This document shows, piece by piece, positions 53,406 to 64,000 of a stretch of 64,000 nucleotides of DNA. Numbering within the stretch: position 1 is the stretch's first letter; every line of letters begins with the position of its first letter. The DNA comes from Octopus sinensis (Eukaryota), in NCBI RefSeq assembly GCF_006345805.1, contig NC_043004.1, positions 57,784,001-57,848,000 of the forward strand. Reading direction: 5' to 3'. The translations under genes were made by a program, and so were the position numbers. The notes under the pieces were generated by a model that was given only the letters and a program-made list of their open reading frames with translations, did not search any database and was not told the origin of the DNA.

Positions 53406-54228
53406 AGCATATGTATATATGTGTGCTCTTATAAATATAAGTATAAGTACTTCGCCGTCACTTGCAAGCTGGTATGACCTGTTAGCTTGTACCATGCTTT
53501 TGTGAATTGCGTTTGGTATGAATATAGTCGTGAGTAGAGACAGACAATCTCGGTGCTCCCACCAACTAATCTACTCAAGGTGTCAGGTAACGGCGATACA
53601 CTTATCCATGCGCACACACTCACACACATCTACAAGCACGTGTTCATACCAACCGATTCACATAAACTTGAACAAAACAGCCGTGACACTATGTTCGTGA
53701 CTAGCTTGCATTCTGTAATGTAGAAATTAATGGCAGTCTCTCGAGTTTGAGAAAAACGATGGAAACGTGGTGGACAGATGATATGTTCATGTCTAAATAT
53801 TTGTTTTGCCATAAGTTCACTCATTCCATCAAATCGACATTTCCTATACAGGTGCACAGTGCCAAGTGTTAGATGTCGAAGCGATCGCAGAGCATCGTGA
53901 AATGAAATATTTTGCTTAAAAACACGATGCACCGCCCGGTCCGTGTATCGAAACCGCGATCGCGTAATCGTGACTTCAGTACTACTAAGCACGCACCTGT
54001 AATGTAATTCCCGTACACTCAATGTAAAAGTAAACGAATGCAAATCCTATCGAAAATCGCGTGTGTGTGTGAGTCCCTGTGTACCTGCACGCATGCGTGA
54101 GTTTGTGCGTGCGTGTATATGTGTGTATGTTTGTGTTTGTACAAATATATAGGTATTAGGCGTAACCTTGTTCTTGTGCCGTGGGTGTGCATGTCAATGT
54201 CACTTTGGCACACACGTATTTGTGCTTC

Positions 54229-54607
54229 GGAAGCGCAGTGGCCCAGTGGTTAGGGTAGCGGACTCGCGGTCGTAGGATCGTGGTTTCGATTCCCAGACCG
54301 GGCGTTGTGAGTGTTTATTGAGCGAAAATACCTAAAGTTCCACGAGGCTCCGGCAGAGATGGTGGTGATCCCTGCTGTACTCTTTCACCACAACTTTCTC
54401 TCACTCTTACTTCCTGTTTCTGTTGTACCCGTATTTCAAAGGGCCGGCCTTGTCACTCTCTGTGTCGCGCTGAATATCCCCGAGAACCACGTTAAGGGTA
54501 CACCTGTCTGTGGAGTGCTCAGCCACTTACACGTTAATTTCACGAGCAAGCTGTTCCGTTGATCGGATCAACCGGAACCCTCGTCGTCGTAACCGACGGA
54601 GTGCTTT
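54229..54607 (+). mobile_element. SINE family C, full length
   Basis: Near-identical to 46092-46475. Confidence 0.9.
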
Positions 54608-55375
54608 CATCCGTCCATTTGTGCTTCACTGCAACTTGTGTTCCATATGTACATATGATTCAGTGCATAGGAACCTTAATGGGGAACTCGTAAAATGTCT
54701 TAAACATATTCACTGTAGCTTTAATCAATAGCATTTCGAGAGAGAGCATTCATCAACATTTTATATTGCCCGGTCGTCAGTGGCTGAACCGATATCTCTG
54801 TCAGACCTGCGTGGCGAGGAAAGTCATGACAAATCCAGCTGGGCAAACAAATACTATAATTGTTGCAATGATGCCCGAAAAGCACGAAACTAATAAGGGT
54901 TCCCGACTATCTAGCATCAGCGTAAAGACTTTAAACATTCTGGGTAAGTGCTGGGTGCACTGGAATACCACTTCAAGTTGAGCAACCATTTAATTACTTT
55001 AGAATATGCTTCGAAGAAAAATGAATTACTGAAATATGAATGTCGATAAAATTATTGTGGCAGGTATTGTCTTTCAGTTTGCTGTGGTCCACTGGATTTG
55101 ATAGAGTCGTCGATATGTTTCATGCAAGCCATTCTCTGCTGAATGTAAGCAGTGCTGGCAATAATCGACAATGATGGCAATACTTGTTCAACGAGTAGAT
55201 AATTTATCAAGCATAACTGAGTGTATGTGTGTATATGTATGTGTTTGTGCATATACTTATATATATATAATATATATATATATATAATATATTATATATA
55301 TATATTATATATTATGTATGTATATATATATATGTGTGTGTATATATATAATTTCAGAGAGAGTGAGAGATAGAG

Positions 55376-55770
55376 GGGCGGTTGTGTGGTAAGTAGTTTG
55401 CTTCCCAACCACATGCTTCCGGGTTCATTCCAACTGTGTAGCTACTTGAGTAGGTGTCTCCTACTATAGCCTGGAGCCGACCAAATCCTTGTGAATGACT
55501 TTGGTATGCGGAAACTGAAAGAAGCCCGTCGTATACATACATGTATGTATATATATGTATGTGTGTGTGTGTATGTGGCGCGTTTTGTGTGTGTCTTGTC
55601 TCTGTTTGTCTTCTCACAATTGGTCGACATCCGATTTGGGTGTATTTAGCTGTTCGGCATAAAAGACCGATCGAATAAGTACTAGCTTACAATGAATAAG
55701 TCCTGGGGTCGATTTCTTCGAAGCAAACCTATTAAGGAGGTGCACCAGCATGGAAGCAGTCAAACGACTG
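55376..55770 (+). mobile_element. SINE family A, diverged
   Basis: Head, centre and tail are all recognisable. Confidence 0.8.
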
Positions 55771-56204
55771 AAACAAGTATATTTATATATATATATTTAT
55801 ATTTTAGGATGGCCATTTAATTTTTTTATCCTTGCCAAATAAACGTAAGTACTATATATATTCATTCTTCATTCGTTTATGATTGCTCTTATGTCCATTT
55901 TCTGGAAATGTGCCGTCACACACCTGTGACCTCTCGAGCGACTCTTCCATACCACGTGTCTCCTCCAGTTCTATTTCCAGACAGTGGACATAAGAAAAAA
56001 AAGAGCAATAATAAACCAGTGAAGAACTAATATATAGTGCGTGTATTTATTTGGCAACAAAATAACTTGCTCATCCCGAAGTATAAAAATATGTTTTCCG
56101 TAGATCGAAAAATAAGCCTATCGCATGGTTACTTATTTACAGCTGATTTGATTTGAATGGAAGTCACGATCGCTAGATTGTGTGCGCAGCATTCTACCCC
56201 CTTG

Positions 56205-56525
56205 TCTCAGTCATTTGACTGCGGCCATGCTGGAGCACCGCTTTTAATCGAGCAACTCAACCCCGGGACGTAAACGCACCAGCATCGGGGGACAAACACA
56301 GACACACAACACACACACACACACACATACATATATATTATATAATATTAATATATACATATATACGACAGGCTTCTTTCAGTTTCCGTCTACCAAATCC
56401 ACTCACAAGGCATTGGTCGGCCGGGGGTTATAGCAGAAGACACTTGCCCAAGATGCCACGCAGTGGGACTGAACCGGAACACGTAGTATGGTTAGCAAGC
56501 TACTTACCACACAGGCTCCTGCGCC
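56205..56525 (-). mobile_element. SINE family A with an internal deletion
   Basis: Reverse copy lacking ~70 bp of the 3' half. Confidence 0.85.
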
Positions 56526-56642
56526 TATGTATATATAGATCCATATAAGCATATATGATTGTCTGTTAGAGGATTTTGTATATATGTTCATGAAGATTGC
56601 TATAATATGCTATGGCAGTGAAACCCAAGAAAAACCTATTTA

Positions 56643-56772
56643 GGCGCAGGCGTGTTTTTGTGATAAGAAGCTTCCTTTCCAACCACATGGCACCGGGTTC
56701 ACAGCCACTGCGCGACACCTGGGACAAGTGTCTTTGCATTATAACCTCGACCCTGTTTGTGGATTTGGTCGA

Positions 56773-56824
<52 letters not shown>

Positions 56825-56968
56825 CCGAGGTCGACTTTGCCTTTCATCCTTTCGGGGTCGATAAATTAAGTACCAGTTACGCACTGGGGTCGATATAATC
56901 GACTTAATCGGTTTGTATGTCCTTGTTTGTCCTCTTTGTGTTTAGCCCCTTGTGGGTAGTAAAGAAAT

Positions 56969-57014
<46 letters not shown>

Positions 57015-57235
57015 ATGCGTGTGTGTGTATGTGTGTCTTAGTGTCCCACCACGGACTGACAACGGGTTTTGGTGGGATTACGTCTACGTAGCTTAGTGGT
57101 TTGTCAAATGTGACCAGTAGAATAAGTACTAGGCGTCAAAACGTAAGTCCTGCAGTCGATTTGTCCGACTAAAACCCTTCAAGGCGGTGTCCCAGTATGG
57201 CCGTAGTCAACTGAAGCAAGTAAAAAATTAAAAGG
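56643..57235 (+). mobile_element. SINE family A interrupted by a 5'-truncated SINE B (56825-56970)
   Basis: A head 56643-56775, then (TA)n, B 3' part, (TA)n, and A tail ~57010-57235. Confidence 0.82.
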
Positions 57236-57654
57236 GAAAATGTAACTGGACAACTACCAAAGACGTTCCAGCTGTGACCAAGCCACATGTATATTTTTAT
57301 AATTCGTATTGCAATATCCAGTGTGTCCTTCCTGTCTAACTGGTCTAACAACCAGCCAGACACTGTATGGTTGGCTCACCATGCAAACAGTAAAATTATT
57401 GGTGTTAGGAAAACATCGATTGACAAATTACAGTCGATAGATAAGATGAATAGAGGAAAGCTGTGTGAAAATTATGTGGTCAGCTAGGCACCGAGCAAAG
57501 GTGGGTTAATTGCAAGGAAGAGGCGGTACAGATTGTAAGCGATAGTGAGTTATAATGTGGTCTGATGTTCCTGTTCTGAGTTTATTGCAGTTTCAGTTGT
57601 TTTTAACGGCGATGGCTTTGGTTTCATTGCTCCCGAATAATATATATATATATA

Positions 57655-58042
57655 CGCGGAGTGGCTGTGTGGTAAGTAGTTGTTTACCATCCACATGATT
57701 CCGGGTTCAGTCCCACTGCGTGGCACCTTGGGTAAGTGTCTTCTACTATAGCCTCGGGCCGACCAAAGCGTTGTGAGTGGATTTGGTAGACGGAAACTGA
57801 AAGAAGCCCGTCGTATATATATATATATGTGCGTGTGTGTGTATGTGTTTGTGTTTGTCCCCCTAGCATTGCTTGACAACCGATGCTGGTGTGATTATGT
57901 CCCCGTTACTTAGCGGTTCGGCAAAAGAGACCGATAGAATAAGTACTGGGCTTACAAAAAATAAGTCACGGGATCGAGTTGCTCGACTAAAGGCGGTGAT
58001 CCAGCATGGCCGCAGTCAAATGACTGATATAAGTAAAAGAGT
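57655..58042 (+). mobile_element. SINE family A
   Basis: Matches the family. Confidence 0.92.
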
Positions 58043-58094
58043 ATATGTATGTATGTATGGACGTATGCATGTATATATATATATATATATATTA

Positions 58095-58135
<41 letters not shown>

Positions 58136-58320
58136 GTATATGGACCCCTTATTCGCATAATCACCGAACCTGGAACTTAACTATGGTCTATCCATACCAC
58201 TTATTCAGTGTTACCTGACACCTTTGAGTCTCACTGACACCATGACCTCTCATAACCTGTATATATATATATGTGTGTGTGTGTATTATGTATGTATGTG
58301 TGCGTATGTGTGCGTGTGTA

Positions 58321-58368
<48 letters not shown>

Positions 58369-58684
58369 TGTGTTTATACATATATATGAGCCCGCAACTT
58401 TTCCGAGAGACGCTGTGGGTTGCCCTTATGTTATACAATGTATCTGGTATATTAAATCTGCCAGCACCTATTTCGTTCCAAGTCTGACGAGGGCCAACTT
58501 CATTTGGAGAGAACGCAAAAGCGAACGAAAGGCAAGAATTAGAGACAAAAAAATCAAACCCTGGTTTTCAATCGGTAGTTCAGATCTGAACTCAAAGTGC
58601 TGAGTTCCACAACTCTACTCTTCTAACTCTATATCCAACGTTCTAACGTGTTTTCCCAAAACCCTACGCGCATGCACGCATACA

Positions 58685-58724
<40 letters not shown>

Positions 58725-60083
58725 CACACGCGTACGTGCCTCCATTAAAAAAACATATATATATATATACGCAGCACTATCTCGTATAACGAATAAAATG
58801 TTGCATCGTTTTGAGGGGTGCAAAAAATTATCATGAGTTTCTTTTTCTTTTTTGCTGAAATAAATATAAATTGAATTAAAATGCAATACTCTTCAAAGTC
58901 CCTACATGTATAGAAAACTCCATTGACCAAATGTATGCAATTCAATAAAAACATATGTACATACTTTATAAAGAAAATTTCTTTTGAAGACACACATACT
59001 TTAATTTATGCAACAAGCAAGAAATATGAGACAATAAATATGTTACCATTGGTTTCTCTTAAATTTTTATTATAAAACATACTACGAATGCTTACGTCTC
59101 GATGCTTTTATTTCTTTCTTGTTTATTACAAACTTCTACAGCGTTCTTATGTATATTTATTTTCGTCATTACGGTTCTGTTCGTGTTCGTGCTCTGTTCA
59201 TAATTTAGATAGTTTTCTGAAAACTTGTTCTAAAGCACGAGAGATGTCGCTAATGACTGAAGATAATATTTCTTTTTCGAAACCTGTTTCATGGTGGTAA
59301 TAGTGATGGTGTAATCACTCTTTAGCTCTCAGAACTAGACAGAAGCTTTGGTGTTAAATTAAATCTTGAAGATCATCATAGGTGATGCTCGCGTTATCAG
59401 CGTGCATTAACTTCACGACAATAAACTTCTTCAAATCCCAATACTTGTGACATTTATATAAGACCATTGCTAGTTTAATGTGTTTCATTCTCTTTTCTCT
59501 GATCTTCTGTAACTATATGTGAACACAATTTTACCAAACCGAATGAAATAAGTATTTTAAATTCAGTCTAGGTATTATTAATATTATTTTATCACTTGCA
59601 TAGTGTTGAAATTTACAAAAATTGTTTAACAAATAGATAGCCTTCAAAACTGGTACATAGACGCCAGCTTGGAAATTCTGTTTTGTAGAATGAAAATAAC
59701 TTACACAGCTGCAGAGCTCAAAATTATTCTTCTCTCTGTAACTTTCGACAGCAGGAGAGAAATATTGAACGAAACATTCAATAAACAAATCCCATGTAAC
59801 TAGTTTGCTCTCATAGGTTTCAATTACAATAAACCGACTAAATTTGGAAACACCATTCCTTGCTCTTGGAATATCAGAATGATAAAGAAACAATACTTAC
59901 GTTTCAAGACTCCAAAGTCATTTGCTCGCAATAACTATGTGAGGCGATTTATTTTTCGGGTTTATATTAAAATAATTTTGCACCTCTTTTTATAAATAAC
60001 TTTTAATATCATAGAAAGCTGCTAAGTTACTAGATATTAAACACACCAACACCGGTTGTCAAGCGGTGGTGGGGTAAATCACA

Positions 60084-60119
<36 letters not shown>

Positions 60120-60870
60120 TATAACCAACTGTTTTTCAATTTTCAACTACTAAGTCCACTCACGAGGCTTTAACAAAACGCATTTGCCCAAAATTCCACG
60201 CGGGAGGACTTAAACTAGAGCCAAGTTGCTGGAGATCAAACTTCTTACCACAGAACCACGTTTGAGCCTATAATAGTATTGAATAAATTAAAAAGTTACT
60301 ACGCTTAAAATTTAGAAAACGCTACCCAAGTAAGGCAACATAGCAGCAGCAACTACTAAAAAATGTCAAAGCAAACCAATTGCGATTTACTGATTTCTGA
60401 TCTTGGATTTTTTGCTCCTTCGCTCTATCAGAGCAACGAAATGGTTCCCGAGAAGACACAAATTTAAGTGCATAATTCCAAGGCTGGGGAAGTAATAAGC
60501 ATTACTTTTACACGTCATTTTAACAGATAAATGCTGCATTCAAAAGCTTCGCTATAATACGGTTCCATTTATAAAGAAACACGTAAAATAAAGAATTGTT
60601 ACGCAAAGATACATATGCATACACACACACCACACACACGCACATATATATATATATATATATATGTTGAATCGTTAGCTCCTGCACGCATTTTTTTCTC
60701 TCCTTGCTTCTCTCCGTGTTTCTTTTCTGTGTATCTTTCTGTTGAAGAGCGTAGGCTCGAAATGTAAAAGACTTGTTTTATTTCTATTCCTGAGCGCCAT
60801 ACTAATACAATTGTTTGTTGGTACTCCACCTGCCTTCGTCTTTTGTTTATTTTCGTAAAGCTACCCGTTA

Positions 60871-60926
<56 letters not shown>

Positions 60927-62217
60927 CACTTGAATCCATGCAGACATCCATTATATATGTGTTTGTATTGTAAACATTAGGTGTATGTCATAAAATCGAG
61001 ATCCCTTATTGACTTAATACTTCACTTTATTTTATAGCAATGCACTCATAATCAATCAGCATTTTATTAAAAAGCAAGATGTTTTATTAAATTCTTCGAC
61101 ACTTAACTGGAAAACAGCTATATTAAAACTTCTAACATACAAAAGTAACCATAAAAAATAAATAAAGGAAACTATCAAATATATCGGTATAAACCACAAT
61201 TTGTTTAAAAAATTAAGCATATATCTTTGACAAAATATAATTGTTATATTTAGATATGTTAATTTATTTTTGATTGTGTTCTGTTGCCGTCCGGTACATG
61301 TGATCCGAATCCGCTGCATTGATGCTCTTATAAACGCATACATTCGCCTCCATTATTATCTAAATCGTCTCTGTTTATAAGCGTATTTGGTTGCTTCTCT
61401 ATAATTTAGAAGCGAAGATGTTTTAATAGGTCACGTAAACAAGACCTTTGTGTTTTATGATTTGCTTTTGTGTTGCATACAGATACACATGTGTATGTAT
61501 GTTTTTCAATGCTTATATTTATGTATGAGAAATGGTTGGCAACACTTTTATAGAGGATAGCATTTTCTGGAACATTCTTTTACAATGGAAATGCACTGTT
61601 GCGATTGGTATTTTTACATAGTTCCATTTCAACCCTGATCCAGGAGATCTACGAGCGAAAATAATCCGGTATTGACCTCCTCTCTTTTAAGAGAGAGATG
61701 TGAAATTACATTTCCCAAAGCGTCTGACATATTTTAGATAGGTGGGTATGTCTTAAAGTAGATTTAGGTGATATTCGCAGCTGGTGGGGCGACCAAGCTC
61801 TACTTACACCACTATGGTGATGGTGGTAAAAAAAATGATGATGATGATAGTGGTGGTGATGACGGCGACAAGGATGACGATGACCACAATGAAAACAATG
61901 GCAACGACAAGCATAATGATGATGATTGTAATGAATTTCAAATATCTTCTCTTGACATCCTACCAAGTGCGTAGTGATATAATTCATCTCAGCTACAGAG
62001 AAACATTAAAACCATTAATGCAATGTTTGAAAGGCGATCATAAAAGACATATTCCTATGGATGGAATCTATCGAATAAAAATCTGAAATCAGCAAAATTT
62101 ACACGGGATATTCATAACCATACAAACACTCAACAATAAACCTTAAATAAGTGCCGAAGAAGGGGCAACAACCCCCACCACCGAAATATGGTATATACAC
62201 TCAAAACCTACTTTATA

Positions 62218-62392
62218 GGCGCAGAAGTGGCTGTGCGGTAAGTATTTTGCTTACCAACCATAGGGTTCAGGATTCAGTCCCATTGTCTGGCACCTTGGGC
62301 AAGTGTCTTCTACTATAGCCTCGGGCCGACTAAAGCCTTTTGTGTGGATTTGGTAGACGGAAACTGAAAGAAGCCCGTCGTATATATATGTA

Positions 62393-62466
<74 letters not shown>

Positions 62467-62621
62467 TACGTCCCCTTAATCTAGCGGTTCGGCAAAAGGG
62501 ACCTATAGAATAAGTACTTGGCTTACAAAGAATAAGTCCTGCGGTCGATTTGCTCGACTAATGGCGGTTTTCCAGCATGGCCGCAGTCAAATGACTGAAA
62601 CAAATAAACGAGTAAAAGAGT
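62218..62621 (+). mobile_element. SINE family A
   Basis: Matches the family. Confidence 0.9.
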
Positions 62622-62954
62622 ATATATTTACCCGCGCCCATATAAGTGCTTGCATCTATAAATGTGTGCGTCCTTGTAAGTATGTGCTTGCATGCGTATA
62701 TGTGTGCTAGTATCAGATCACAATCAAGTGCCGATTTATGAGCACAAAAAAGAAAGCAAAACAAAAAAAAAACTGAATATAGCCCCAAAATCGGTCGATC
62801 TCATAACTGTAAGGATAAAGGCAAGGCAGGAGAAGGCACCAATCAGAGTAATTTGAAACGATCGAACAATACAATATATTTCAGATGCAGCTAAATAAAC
62901 TGTTTCCAAGTCACCAAACTCCTATTCCGCTCAGCTAACACTCATTTCAAATTT

Positions 62955-63560
62955 TACCCGTCGTGCTAACGATTCTGCCAGCTGGCCACATTATTCTTAT
63001 GTTAAATTCTATCAACTATAGACACAGGCCTGGACTTTTGAAAAAGAGGATAGTGGATTACACCGACCCCAGTACTCATTTTATTGAGCCCCGAGAAGAT
63101 GAAAGGCAAAGCCGTCCTCGGCGGAATTTGAATTCAGAACATGCAGACAGATGAAATATCGCTTAGCATTTTGCTTGGCGTGCTAAAGATTCTTATTTCT
63201 TTATAGCCCACAAGGTGCTAAACATAGAGGGGACAAACAAGGACAGACAAACGGATTAAGTCGATTACATCGACCTCAGTGCATAACTGGTACTTAATTT
63301 ATCGACCCCGAAAGGAGGAAAGGCAAAGTCGATCTCGGCGGAATTTTAACTCAGAACGTAACAGCCGACGAAATACCGCTAAGTATTTTAAAGGAGGGCC
63401 TAGGCCCATCACGTCGACTGTAGTGTTGAACTGGTACTTCTTTTATCGACACCGAGAAGATGAAAGGCAAAATCGACCACGGCGGAATTTGCACTCAGAA
63501 CGTGAAAACTTACGAAATGCCGCTAAGCATTTTGCCTGGCCTGCTAATGAATCTTCCTGC
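62955..63560 (-). mobile_element. Cluster of SINE family B copies including a second dimer (~63010-63390)
   Basis: Three to four head-to-tail reverse copies. The junction ...aaagaaataagaa-t-(c/g)ttagcac... resembles the dimer junction at ~51597. Confidence 0.8.
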
Positions 63561-63714
63561 TCACCACTACTTTGCTCTTATGTATATTAACTTTAAAATT
63601 TCGGTAGCTTCTATCACGAATCATTTACTGCGCATGTGTGACTGTCCATTTGCTGAAAAACAGATTCATCGCATTATTTACATTCGACGAATATTTTTCC
63701 TCATCTCGTTTCTT

Positions 63715-64000
63715 GTTAAAACAACGTTTCGGCTGATATACCCTCCAGCCTTCTTCGGGTGTCTTGGGGAAGTTTTGAACCTGGGTCCTCAATTCTAAGG
63801 TATTTTTCGATGTTGTTGTTATTATTATTATTATTATTAATATTATTGTTATTGTTCAGGACACTGTTTGGAATCGAACTCGGAATCTTGGGGTTTGTAG
63901 CCCGCGCTCGTAACTACTACGGCATATTCCCGTGAGCAATTATGGAGTGAATTTTAGGCGTATTGGTTAAGAGTGCGGGCTACTAACCCCAAGATTCCGA
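63715..64000. mobile_element. Fold-back element with tRNA-like arms and a hammerhead-like remnant, cut by the window end
   Basis: 63880-63923 is the reverse complement of 63958-64000. The arm carries tRNA A/B-box-like motifs, and minus-strand 63763-63721 reads acac-ccgaaga-a-ggctg..cagcc-gaaacgtt. Confidence 0.7.

Overview
AT-rich, repeat-dense eukaryotic genomic DNA, almost certainly coleoid cephalopod (octopus). That assignment is inferred from the tRNA-derived SINE families and the very high microsatellite load. No complete protein-coding gene is recognisable, and most ORFs in the track are microsatellite or SINE artefacts. The window holds about 16 copies of a CORE-like SINE (family A), many copies of a second SINE (family B, including a dimeric form with a 20-bp TSD) and a third SINE (family C). 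It also holds two non-autonomous Helitrons, an internally deleted mariner, a decayed L1/Tx1-type LINE, a CR1-group LINE, several REL-endonuclease (NeSL/R4/R2-group) LINE 3' ends, several fold-back elements and three local duplications. A good candidate first coding exon lies on the minus strand at 35721-35818. The main discovery is a structurally complete type I hammerhead ribozyme at 17361-17455. A second copy with a C3 substitution lies exactly 470 bp downstream, and 81-bp inverted repeats bracket the first copy. This is the layout expected of a Penelope-derived or retrozyme-like element that could release a ~470-nt self-cleaved RNA. Degenerate hammerhead cores recur in several other fold-back repeats in the window. 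All coordinates and identities were read by eye.
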